Shown in pieces: positions 39,340-50,900 of a DNA stretch of 64,000 nt. Source of the DNA: Yuukianura sp. NJ FZ-2021 (taxonomy: Eukaryota). Position 1 is the first letter of the stretch, and each line of letters begins with the position of its first letter. Under the pieces are notes generated by a model. It saw only the letters and a program-made list of their open reading frames with translations. It was not told where the DNA came from and searched no databases. Position numbers and translations under genes: made by a program. The stretch spans positions 1,364,001 through 1,428,000 of the forward strand of contig CM102287.1 of the NCBI GenBank assembly GCA_046563655.1. Reading direction: 5' to 3'.

Positions 39340-41001
39340 ATGAACTTTATTTGCTGTTTAATGCTGGTTACCATGATGGGCACCATGGGCGAAGGGTTAG
39401 TTGTACCTGCCCACAAACCCGGACAATTTGTTATCTGGAGAAAGAGTGCAACTCCTGTTGTGACCGGCTTTCATGTGGTACAATCACGGATCAAGTTAGT
39501 GTCTCCTTGTGAACTAATCTCCCCGCTGCACGTGAACAGTCAACGGATCAACGATGTGATTGACAAGTGTAATGACAATTACGAAGAAATCATCATCGCC
39601 AACCTAAAAGCTATTTGCCCTCCGAAGAAAAACAGTACGCCTCTGACAACACGAGCAAAACGAGAACTCTTTTTGGCCCTTGGAATTTTGATTGTTGCCG
39701 CTCTCGCTACTACTGGCATTGGACTTGGGGGAATGGCTGTGACCAAGTCAATGTCAGTCCAAAGCCAGCAAGAAGAAATGAAGCTGGCATTGGACGAACT
39801 CGAAAAGAAAGTCTTCCGAAATTATGAGATTAACAAGAACGTCCTCCAAAAAGAAGTTTTGAAATTGGCGGGCAAAATTGATCAACTGAAAAACAGCATT
39901 CTCAACAGTCATCAAGAGGCTATCGAGCTAACTTACGTTGTCTCCTACCTCATGGGAAGAATGTTGGAAGGAAAACGGATTTTCTTTCAAACGGGAGAAG
40001 CTTGGCGAAATCGTCAACTAAACGAAGAGTTTTTCGCCTACTTGAACGTGACTTTGCCTTGTGGAGACCTTTGCCCTTTGAGTCATGGACAATTCACAGG
40101 ATGCTACATGGACGAAGATGACGAAATCCATTTGGATTTCACCGTGCCAAATGTGGATCCAAATCTGTTGATGTTTGAAGCAGACGCATTCAAGTTACAA
40201 CAAACTGTTGGTAACAAAACTTGCCACCTCAGCTACCAAGGCCCACAGACAATAATTATGTCTCCAGCCAAAGATTGTATTTTTGACACATTTGACGAAA
40301 AGTTCAAAAAGGAACTCGTGTTAACTACAACCCGGAACTGCAAAAGTTCTCTGGCAAAAACACAGCAAGAATATTTCCATGTGGATACGTGTCAACCGAA
40401 TCAAGGCAGTGTGTCACCAGTTGCACAAGTGAAATTTTATGACGGTGAATATCACATTTACTGTCCACTAAATTTCATTGAATACAACGGAAAGAAGATC
40501 CAGTGCTCAAATACGGTGTTCACCTTGCCACTGTCAACATCTTTCACTTTGAATGGAGTCAACTATACAGGAAGTATTTTGAAAAAGATTTACACAGAAT
40601 CAGAAGATCCGATTTTACGAAGCCAATTGAATTGGCATCTGAACCCAGTCAAGGACACAAACGAAACAACGGATTATTTTGAAACTTTTTGGAAAACCGA
40701 AAATGAAATCATCGAAGAGAAGACGCATCATCTTCGGGAATTTGAATTCAAGAATTCAGCCCCTTCTAACAGTTGGTGGGGCTTAATGGTACTTGGAATT
40801 ATTCTAATTCCTGGAACAGGAATTGCAATGAGGGTGGGACTCGCCTACTATCGCCGTCGTCGTCATTTCACTAACCGACGCCCCACTGCCCGTCCGAGTC
40901 CACCAGCCATTGAATTGGAGGTTTTGAATCCTCCCGCTCAAAAGGAACAACCCACATCAGAATCACCTGCTGTCGCCAAACATCACATCATCATCACGTA
41001 A
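39340..41001 (+). CDS. env: Env-like class I membrane fusion glycoprotein (~553 aa), in frame with pol with no intervening stop
   Basis: Signal-like MNFICCLMLVTMMGTMGEG; furin site RAKR (39652-39663) directly followed by hydrophobic Gly/Ala-rich ELFLALGILIVAALATTGIGLGGMAV; heptad-repeat segment (EEMKLALDELEKKV...LAGKIDQLKNSIL); Cys-rich ectodomain with sequons NST, NVT, NKT, NYT, NET; TM WWGLMVLGIILIPGTGIAMRVGLAYY (~40774-40851); RRRRH; Pro-rich tail. Confidence 0.88.
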   Translation: MNFICCLMLVTMMGTMGEGLVVPAHKPGQFVIWRKSATPVVTGFHVVQSRIKLVSPCELISPLHVNSQRINDVIDKCNDNYEEIIIANLKAICPPKKNSTPLTTRAKRELFLALGILIVAALATTGIGLGGMAVTKSMSVQSQQEEMKLALDELEKKVFRNYEINKNVLQKEVLKLAGKIDQLKNSILNSHQEAIELTYVVSYLMGRMLEGKRIFFQTGEAWRNRQLNEEFFAYLNVTLPCGDLCPLSHGQFTGCYMDEDDEIHLDFTVPNVDPNLLMFEADAFKLQQTVGNKTCHLSYQGPQTIIMSPAKDCIFDTFDEKFKKELVLTTTRNCKSSLAKTQQEYFHVDTCQPNQGSVSPVAQVKFYDGEYHIYCPLNFIEYNGKKIQCSNTVFTLPLSTSFTLNGVNYTGSILKKIYTESEDPILRSQLNWHLNPVKDTNETTDYFETFWKTENEIIEEKTHHLREFEFKNSAPSNSWWGLMVLGIILIPGTGIAMRVGLAYYRRRRHFTNRRPTARPSPPAIELEVLNPPAQKEQPTSESPAVAKHHIIIT

Positions 41002-41086
41002 TTCCAAAGTTTAAGAAGGGTAAGCATTAAGAATTTTAGTTTCTCTTATTTCTTATAATGCTTTGTTAGATTATAATAATTCTTGT

Positions 41087-41096
41087 TTGAGAAGGG
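41087..41096 (+). other. Polypurine tract (TTGAGAAGGG)
   Basis: Purine run abutting the TG start of the 3' LTR. Confidence 0.85.
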
Positions 41097-41536
41097 TGTT
41101 GAAAATACCAAACAAGATTATGATTAATTACTTATTAGGATTCATGATTTGTTCTATATGACTAATTAAGGTCTAGGACTTTTTACTACGTAAGTAGGAA
41201 CAGGAATTGGTCGCCTACAATTAATTAGGTTGTTAATACAAGGTTATTCTTTGTGTATAATTTATAAGTTAGAACCAGGAACCAGGAAAATAGTTATAAG
41301 GTCAGTTCTGACGTACACTCTAGGAAGAATAACGTTTTAGTGTAATGTCACTAGGAAATGACTAGTGTTAAGTCTAGGTCACTAGGTTAGTATAAATACT
41401 AGTTACCTAGATTGTTAGAATTAGTAGTGCCTCGTAGATTGTTGGTGTAACAACTTTATTGTGTAAAATAAAAAACTCTCAGAAAATCCAAGTTCAGTTG
41501 TGTAGTTTGTGTGGCGTTTATTCAATAATTTCAACA
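41097..41536 (+). repeat. 3' LTR of copia copy 2
   Basis: Direct repeat of 34626-35065, differing only by two single-base indels that I could see. Followed by TSD CCCAG. Confidence 0.97.
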
Positions 41537-44500
41537 CCCAGAAACCGCTCACATGTAGACAAACAATAGGGTTTTTTGGAAATCAACAGGTTTGCCCGGT
41601 TACAAATTAGAGCAGTAGTAGAATAACTTGTTGTCTATAAAGGCTTATAATCTGGACACAATGCTAATTACCTCTGTACACGCTCATCTTTTAAAGCAAC
41701 AGTTTGATAAATTTCAAAACTTCGTTTCCCAGAAACCGCTCACATGTAGCAAACAATGGTTTTTTTTTTGGAAATCAACAGGTTTGCCCGGTTACAAATT
41801 AGAGCAGTAGTAGAATAACTTGTTGTCTATAAAGGCTTATAATCTGGACACAATGCTAATTACCTCTGTACAAGCTCATTTTTTAAAGCAGCAGTTTGGC
41901 AAATTTCAAAACTTCGTTTCTGAGAAACCGCTCACATGTAGCAAACAATGGTTTTTTGGGAATCAACAGGTTTGCTCGGTTACAAATTAGAGCATTAGTA
42001 GAATAACTTGTTGTCTATAAAGGCTTATAATCTGGACACAATGCTAATTACCTCTGTACACGCTCATTTTTTAAAGCTGCAGTTTGGCAAATTTCAAAAC
42101 TTCGTTTCTGAGAAACCGCTCACATGTAGCAAACAATGGTTTTTTTTGGGAATCAACATGTTTGCTCGGTTACAAATTAGAGCATTAGTAGAATAACTTG
42201 TTGTCTATAAAGGCTTATAATCTGGACACAATGCTAATTACCTCTGTACACGCTCATTTTTTAAAGCAGCAGTTTGGTAAATTTGAAAACTTTGTTTCTG
42301 AGAAACCGCTCACATGTATGCAAACAATGGGGTTTTTTGGAAATCAACAGGTTTGCCCGGTTACAAATTAGAGCATTAGTAGAATAAATTGTTGTCTATA
42401 AAGGCTTATAATCAGGACACAATGCTAATTACCTCTGTACACGCTCATCTTTTAAAGCAACAGTTTGATAAATTTCAAAACTTCGTTTCCCAGAAACCGC
42501 TCACCAGTAGACAAACAATGGGGTTTTTTGGAAATCAACAGGTTTGCCCGGGTACAAATTAGAGAAGTAGTAGAATAACTTGTTGTCTATAAAGGCTTAT
42601 AATCTGGACACAATGCTAATTACCTCTGTACACGCTCATCTTTTAAAGCAACAGTTTGATAAATTTCAAAACTTTGTTTCCCAGAAACCCCTCACATGTA
42701 GACAAACAATAGGGTTTTTTGGAAATCAACAGGTTTGCCCGGTTACAAATTAGAGCATTAGTAGAATAACTTGTTGTCTATAAAGGCTTATAATCTGGAC
42801 ACAATGCTAATTACCTCTGTACACGCTCATCTTTTAAAGCAGCAGTTTGGCAAATTTCAAAACTTCGTTTCTGAGAAACCGCTCACATGTAGCAAACAAT
42901 GGTTTTTTTGGGAATCAACATGTTTGCTCGGTTACAAATTAGAGCATTAGTAGAATAACTTGTTGTCTATAAAGGCTTATAATCTGGACACAATGCTAAT
43001 TACCTCTGTACACGCTCATTTTTTAAAGCAGCAGTTTGGTAAATTTGAAAACTTTGTTTCTGAGAAACCGCTCACATGTATGCAAACAATGGGGTTTTTG
43101 GAAATCAACAGGTTTGCCCGGTTACAAATTAGAGCATTAGTAGAATAAATTGTTGTCTATAAAGGCTTATAATCAGGACACAATGCTAATTACCTCTGTA
43201 CACGCTCATCTGTTAAAGCAACAGTTTGATAAATTTCAAAACTTCGTTTCCCAGAAACCGCTCACAAGTAGACAAACAATGGGGTTTTTTGGAAATCAAC
43301 AGGTTTGCCCGGTTACAAATTAGAGAAGTAGTAGAATAACTTGTTGTCTATAAAGGCTTATAATCTGGACACAATGCTAATTACCTCTGTACACGCTCAT
43401 CTTTTAAAGCAACAGTTTGATAAATTTCAAAACTTTGTTTCCCAGAAACCCCTCACATGTAGACAAACAATAGGGTTTTTTGGAAATCAACAGGTTTGCC
43501 CGGCTACAAATTAGAGCAGTAGTAGAATAACTTGTTGTCTATAAAGGCTTATAATCTGGACACAATGCTAATTACCTCTGTACAAGCTCATTTTTTAAAG
43601 CAGCAGTTTGGCAAATTTCAAAACTTCGTTTCTGAGAAACCGCTCACATGTAGCAAACAGTGGGTTTTTTTGGAAATCAACAGGTTTGCTCGGTTACAAA
43701 TTAGAGCATTAGTAGAATAACTTGTTGTCTATAAAGGCTTATAATCTGGACACAATGCTAATTACCTCTGTACAAGCTCATTTTTTAAAGCAGCAGTTTG
43801 GCAAATTTCAAAACTTCGTTTCTGAGAAACCGCTCACATGTAGCAAACAATGGTTTTTTTGGGAATCAACAGGTTAGCATGGTTACAAATTAGAGCAGTA
43901 GTAGAATAACTTGTTGTCTATAGAGGCTTATAATCTGGACACAATGCTAATTACCTCTGTACAAGCTCATTTTTTAAAGCAGCAGTTTGGCAAATTTCAA
44001 AACTTCGTTTCTGAGAAACCGCTCACATGTAGCAAACAATGGTTTTTTTGGGAATCAACAGGTTTGCTCGGTTACAAATTAGAGCATTAGTAGAATAACT
44101 TGTTGTCTATAAAGGCTTATAATCAGGACACAATGCTAATTACCTCTGTACACGCTCATCTTTTAAAGCAACAGTTTGATAAATTTCAAAACTTCGTTTC
44201 CCAGAAACCGCTCACAAGTAGACAAACAATGGGGTTTTTTTGGAAATCAACAGGTTTGCCCGGTTACAAATTAGAGCAGTAGTAGAATAACTTGTTGTCT
44301 ATAAAGGCTTATAATCTGGACACAATGCTAATTACCTCTGTACACGCTCATCTTTTAAAGCAACAGTTTGATAAATTTCAAAACTTCGTTTCTGAGAAAC
44401 CGCTCACATGTAGCAAACAATGGTTTTTTTTGGGAATCAACAGGTTTGCCCGGTTACAAATTAGAGCAGTAGTAGAATAACTTGTTGTCTATAAAGGCTT

Positions 44501-47500
44501 ATAATCTGGACACAATGCTAATTACCTCTGTACAAGCTCATTTTTTAAAGCAGCAGTTTGGCAAATTTCAAAACTTCGTTTCTGAGAAACCGCTCACATG
44601 TAGCAAACAATGGTTTTTTTTGGGAATCAACAGGTTTGCTCGGTTACAAATTAGAGCATTAGTAGAATAACTTGTTGTCTATAAAGGCTTATAATCTGGA
44701 CACAATGCTAATTACCTCTGTACAAGCTCATTTTTTAAAGCAGCAGTTTGGCAAATTTCAAAACTTCGTTTCTGAGAAACCGCTCACATGTAGCAAACAA
44801 TGGTTTTTTTTTGGGAATCAACAGGTTTGCCCGGTTACAAATTAGAGCAGTAGTAGAATAACTTGTTGTCTATAAAGGCTTATAATCTGGACACAATGCT
44901 AATTACCTCTGTACACGCTCATCTTTTAAAGCAACAGTTTGATAAATTTCAAAACTTCGTTTCCCAGAACCGTTCACATGTAGACAAACAATAGGGTTTT
45001 TTGGAAATCAACAGGTTTGCCCGGTTACAAATTAGAGCAGTAGTAGAATAACTTGTTGTCTATAAAGGCTTATAATCTGGACACAATGCTAATTACCTCT
45101 GTACAAGCTCATTTTTTAAAGCAGCAGTTTGGCAAATTTCAAAACTTCGTTTCTGAGAAACCGCTCACATGTAGCAAACAATGGTTTTTTTTGGGAATCA
45201 ACAGGTTTGCTCGGTTACAAATTAGAGCATTAGTAGAATAACTTGTTGTCTATAAAGGCTTATAATCTGGACACAATGCTAATTACCTCTGTACAAGCTC
45301 ATTTTTAAAGCAGCAGTTTGGCAAATTTCAAAACTTCGTTTCTGAGAAACCGCTCACATGTAGCAAACAATGGTTTTTTTTGGGAATCAACAGGTTTGCT
45401 CGGTTACAAATTAGAGCATTAGTAGAATAACTTGTTGTCTATAAAGGCTTATAATCTGGACACAATGCTAATTACCTCTGTACAAGCTCATTTTTTAAAG
45501 CAGCAGTTTGGCAAATTTCAAAACTTCGTTTCTGAGAAACCGCTCACATGTAGCAAACAATGGTTTTTTTTGGGAATCAACAGGTTTGCTCGGTTACAAA
45601 TTAGAGCATTAGTAGAATAACTTGTTGTCTATAAAGGCTTATAATCTGGACACAATGCTAATTACCTCTGTACAAGCTCATTTTTTAAAGCAGCAGTATA
45701 ATAAATTTCAACACTTCGTTTCTGAGAAACCGCTCACATGTTGACAAACAATGGTTTTTTTTGGGAATCAACAGGTTTGCCCGGTTACAAACTAGAGCAG
45801 TAGTAGAATAACTTGTTGTCTATAAAGGCTTATAATCTGGACACAATGCTAATTACCTCTGTACACGCTCATCTTTTAAAGCAACAGTTTGATAAATTTC
45901 AAAACTTCGTTTCCCAGAACCGCTCACATGTAGACAAACAATAGGGTTTTTTGGAAATCAACAGGTTTGCCCGGTTACAAATTAGAGCAGTAGTAGAATA
46001 ACTTGTTGTCTATAAAGGCTTATAATCTGGACGCAATGCTAATTACCTCTGTACAAGCTCATTTTTTAAAGCAGCAGTTTGGCAAATTTCAAAACTTCGT
46101 TTCTGAGAAACCGCTCACATGTAGCAAACAATGGTTTTTTTGGGAATCAACAGGTTTGCTCGGTTACAAATTAGAGCATTAGTAGAATAACTTGTTGTCT
46201 ATAAAGGCTTATAATCAGGACACAATGCTAATTACCTCTGTACACGCTCATCTTTTAAAGCAACAGTTTGATAAATTTCAAAACTTCGTTTCCCAAAAAC
46301 CGCTCACAAGTAGACAAACAATGGGGTTTTTTGGAAATCAACAGGTTTGCCCGGTTACAACTTAGAGCAGTAGTAGAATAACTTGTTGTCTATAAAGGCT
46401 TATAATCTGGACACAATGCTAATTACCTCTGTACAAGCTCATTTTTTAAAGCAGCAGTTTGGCAAATTTCAAAACTTCGTTTCTGAGAAACCGCTCACAT
46501 GTAGCAAACAATGGTTTTTTTTGGGAATCAACAGGTTTGCTCGGTTACAAATTAGAGCATTAGTAGAATAACTTGTTGTCTATAAAGGCTTATAATCTGG
46601 ACACAATGCTAATAACCTCTGTACAAGCTCATTTTTTAAAGCAGCAGTTTGGCAAATTTCAAAACTTCGTTTCTGAGAAACCGCTCACATGTAGCAAACA
46701 ATGGTTTTTTTTGGGAATCAACAGGTTTGCTCGGTTACAAATTAGAGCATTAGTAGAATAACTTGTTGTCTATAAAGGCTTATAATCTGGACACAATGCT
46801 AATTACCTCTGTACAAGCTCATTTTTTAAAGCAGCAGTTTGGCAAATTTCAAAACTTCGTTTCTGAGAAACCGCTCACATGTAGCAAACAATGGTTTTTT
46901 TTTGGGAATCAACAGGTTTGCCCGGTTACAAATTAGAGCAGTAGTAGAATAACTTGTTGTCTATAAAGGCTTATAATCTGGACACAATGCTAATTACCTC
47001 TGTACACGCTCATCTTTTAAAGCAACAGTTTGATAAATTTCAAAACTTCGTTTCCCAGAACCGCTCACATGTAGACAAACAATAGGGCTTTTGGAAATCA
47101 ACAGGTTTGCCCGGTTTACAAATTAGAGCAGTAGTAGAATAACTTGTTGTCTATAAAGGCTTATAATCTGGACGCAATGCTAATTACCTCTGTACAAGCT
47201 CATTTTTTAAAGCAGCAGTTTGGCAAATTTCAAAACTTCGTTTCTGAGAAACCGCTCACATGTAGCAAACAATGGTTTTTTTTGGGAATCAACAGGTTTG
47301 CTCGGTTACAAATTAGAGCATTAGTAGAATAACTTGTTGTCTATAAAGGCTTATAATCAGGACACAATGCTAATTACCTCTGTACACGCTCATCTTTTAA
47401 AGCAACAGTTTGATAAATTTCAAAACTTCGTTTCCCAAAAACCGCTCACAAGTAGACAAACAATGGGGTTTTTTGGAAATCAACAGGTTTGCCCGGTTAC

Positions 47501-48294
47501 AACTTAGAGCAGTAGTAGAATAACTTGTTGTCTATAAAGGCTTATAATCTGGACACAATGCTAATTACCTCTGTACAAGCTCATTTTTTAAAGCAGCAGT
47601 TTGGCAAATTTCAAAACTTCGTTTCTGAGAAACCGCTCACATGTAGCAAACAATGGTTTTTTTGGGAATCAACAGGTTTGCTCGGTTACAAATTAGAGCA
47701 TTAGTAGAATAACTTGTTGTCTATAAAGGCTTATAATCTGGACACAATGCTAATTACCTCTGTACAAGCTCATTTTTTAAAGCAGCAGTTTGGCAAATTT
47801 CAAAACTTCGTTTCTGAGAAACCGCTCACATGTAGCAAACAATGGTTTTTTGGGAATCAACAGGTTTGCTCGGTTACAAATTAGAGCATTAGTAGAATAA
47901 CTTGTTGTCTATAAAGGCTTATAATCTGGACACAATGCTAATTACCTCTGTACACGCTCATCTTTTAAAGCAACAGTTTGATAAATTTCAAAACTTCGTT
48001 TCCCAGAACCGCTCACATGTAGACAAACAATAGGGTTTTTTGGAAATCAACAGGTTTGCCCGGTTACAAATTAGAGCAGTAGTAGAATAACTTGTTGTCT
48101 ATAAAGGCTTATAATCTGGACACAATGCTAATTACCTCTGTACAAGCTCATTTTTTAAAGCAGCAGTTTGGCAAATTTCAAAACTTCGTTTCTGAGAAAC
48201 CGCTCACATGTAGCAAACAATGGTTTTTTTTGGGAATCAACAGGTTTGCCCGGTTACAAATTAGAGCATTAGTAGAATAACTTGTTGTCTATAA
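41537..48294. repeat. ~190-bp satellite array, segment 3 (~35 monomers)
   Basis: Resumes in register after the TSD (CCCAGAAACCGCTCAC) and stops mid-monomer at ...TTGTTGTCTATAA. Confidence 0.99.
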
Positions 48295-48901
48295 GCTAAT
48301 GGGAGTGGTAGAGGAATGGCACTTTTTTCAAAATGGCCGCCGCGTCTGCGCAAAAACGTTTTTTGATGACGTCATCACCCCCCCCTCCCCACCCCCCACA
48401 CCCCCTACTATATATCCCTCCCCCCCCTATATCCACCCCACGTGACCCCGCCCCCCTTCAAAAAAAATACAACAATGGAAATTTTGGCAACAATGGAATT
48501 TTCACAACAAATGAATTTATATTTAAGTTTTGAAATTTGAAAATAAAAAAAAATACCTTTGCAAAATTTTGATTTCAAATATTAGTTTTTTTGATGAGGT
48601 TTTTGGTTACGTTTCCAGTAGATTTTCACAATGTACGAATACTTTCAATTCTGTAAGTAATCCAATTTCCATAGGAATTTTTTCAAACACATTTTCGAAA
48701 AGACAAAATTCCAATTTTTCAAAATTTACAAATTTTAAAACATTCAAAAGAAATAATGTTGTCATGGCGATGAGATCTGGTCAGCAGAGGTCATTGACCT
48801 TAAAATGAAAAACAAACAAAAGACAAAAAGCCAAGTCAAAAAATTCGAAAAAAAAAACGTCACTGCGAGTTTGAACTTTGTTGCAAACAGTCGCATTCAA
48901 G

Positions 48902-49700
48902 ATGGCTTTTCGGCTCTACTTCCTCTTTGCTTTGCTCACTTTGGCTTCTGCGCGTCCTTGGTGTCAACTCCTGAGCTCGAGTTGCGCAGAATGTGTCCAA
49001 GTTGGATGTTCTTTTGGATTCCTTTTGGAAGATGGACGATCGGTGTGTTTTTTTGCTGGAGTTGCTGGATCTCTGCCTCTTGGTTTGATGGTTGGTCCAA
49101 AATCCAAGTGCCCTAGTCCGACTACAGCGCCATCTACGTCAACTACATTCCAAACCAACCTTTTTGAGCTGAATGTGTTTCTGGAAATTGCGCATGCGCC
49201 GATCTCCACTTCGACCCAGTCGTCAAATGATGTTGATTCTACGCAGACTCCATTTCCGGAGCATGCGCAGAACAAGTCTGGAGGTTTCGTTTTTGGATTT
49301 CTGGTTTTTCTTGGAAGTTGTGGTAAGAATTACAGTTACAACAATTGCAAACATAATTTTAACCAAAAGTTTGAGTTTCTATTGAAATTTTGATTTCTTT
49401 TTAGGTGTCTCTGGTCTTTCAGTCTTTGTCTTCTGTTTTCTGCGACGTAAAATGACGTGTCAAGTTCCTGGAGGTCAAAGGTCATGCGAAATTATTTCAA
49501 TGGCAAACCCAAACTACACGGGATTTCCGTCTCCTGCGCCATCTGTTGGTCAACAAACGCCTGAAACAAGTTTCAACACATCCCCAGAGGAATCGCCTGC
49601 AGCGGTTTTGCCCAAAAGAGGTCGCTTGAGTGTGGATGGTATCTACAGGACATTTTTTGGACGAGTGTCAATGCCTCCAGTTCGATACAATAACTTCTAA
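48902..49700 (+). CDS. Type I membrane glycoprotein (~238 aa; exons 48902-49322, 49405-49700): signal peptide, Cys-rich PSI-like domain, S/T stalk, TM, tail
   Basis: MAFRLYFLFALLTLASA signal; CQLLSSSCAECVQVGCSF. The GT..AG intron 49323-49404 joins FVFGFLVFLGSCG to VSGLSVFVFCFLRRK, completing a TM helix in frame with ORF 49452-49700. Confidence 0.75.
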
Positions 49701-49823
49701 TTATACTCTAATTCGATTTTTGCTCAGTTTTGATAAGTTTGTCTAGTTTATCACTTCTAATAAATATTCCTTGGTAGTGTATTTTTGCAATCAGTTTGTT
49801 TTTAGACAGTGACAAGTGTAGAC

Positions 49824-50899
49824 ATGGCAACCAAGGAAAAATACATTGATTTGCAAAATAAAAAGAGTTTTTCAGGACTTTCCACATTTTTACGCGGAGA
49901 ATCAAATAAATCAAAAAAGAGCAAAGAACTTCAAACGCTTCCGAGTTATAGTTTGTTTAAACCAATAAAGCTCAAGTATACAGAACCTCAGACTTTTGTT
50001 CCCGCTCCGTTTTACACGTTTGGAATGGATCTAATGTCCATGCAAAACGTTTCCAGAAAAAACAAGGGCATAAATTGGATTCTTATTGTCATTGACCTTT
50101 TTTCTCGTAAACTGTACACGGCATTTTTGAAAAAAAAAGATGCAGTTTCAGTTGAGGCTGGAATTGAAAAAGTTTTTCAAGAGTCTGTTCAACGTCCACA
50201 CTTTGTGCTTGTTGACAGGGTAAGTCGGTGCCCAAAAGCACCAATTCCAAAACCAATTAAATCATCAATTCAACAATTAAATTAATTAAAACAATAACTA
50301 AACTGTTTAAAACAATAGGGGCGTGAGTTTTACAACAAAAGAGTTCAAAATCTTTTGACCAAGTACAAAATCAAAATGTATTCTGTGCATTCAAAAAACA
50401 AGTGCAGTATATGTGAACGTGTTCAGTTGACCTTGAGGTCACGACTGGCCCGTGTCCAAAACCAGACTGAGACCCCTGGGAAATTTCTTGATGTGTGGGA
50501 CCAACTTGTACGTAATTACAACAACACGTACCACACTAGCATCAAAATGGCGCCAAATGACGTCACTGCCAAAAACAGTGATGTGGTCTTTCGTAACCTA
50601 TACGGGCCAACCATTGAAATTCGGAAACGTATAAAACCGCGATACAAGGTCGGAGATCAAGTCAGAATCTCCACAGCCAGAGTGACATTCACTAAGGCCT
50701 CCACAGTTGAAAAGTGGTCACGAGAAATTTTTGTAGTTGCCACAGTTCGCATCACCAACGTCGCTTACTATTATTTAAAGGATCTCCAAGGAGAACCCAT
50801 CATTGGTAAGATCAATAGTGATTCGTCAAGTGCCAGTTTTTTTAAAACAATAATATTTTAGGAACATTTGTGCAAGAGGAACTCAACAAAGTTTCTTGA
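49824..50899 (+). CDS. int: Polinton retroviral-like (rve) integrase, ~306 aa; exons 49824-50219, 50319-50805, 50862-50899
   Basis: GMDL, ILIVIDLFSR. Splicing restores VDRGREFYN. ICERVQLTLR, YNNTYHTSIKMAP, YKVGDQVRIS, WSREIF. The second splice restores GEPIIGTFVQEELNKV. Both introns are GT-AG and keep frame. Confidence 0.93.
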
Positions 50900-50900
50900 A

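Larger units (their letters stand above)
34626..41536 (+). mobile_element. Full-length Ty1/copia LTR retrotransposon with an env-like fusion glycoprotein (6911 bp), copy 2
   Basis: Two 440-bp LTRs, 5-bp TSD CCCAG (34621-34625 and 41537-41541), PBS, PPT, and gag-PR-IN-RT-RH order followed by an in-frame Env-like region. Confidence 0.98.

Noticed and set aside
40870..40910. Retroviral late-domain motif in the Env tail (PTAR, PSPP)
   Set aside because: Not an exact PTAP/PSAP/PPxY match.
415..48280. Dozens of 60-64 aa 'MLSIKAYNLDTML...' ORFs suggesting a tandem gene family
   Set aside because: They start at TTG, are one satellite monomer long, and appear or vanish with homopolymer length; most monomers are frameshifted or stopped.
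1..48294. CRISPR-like or other repeat-spacer array
   Set aside because: There are no unique spacers: the whole monomer repeats with only point variants, in a eukaryotic context with no cas genes.
48333..48808. ORFs 48333-48533 and 48530-48808
   Set aside because: Low-complexity translations of the C-rich and AT-rich terminal region.
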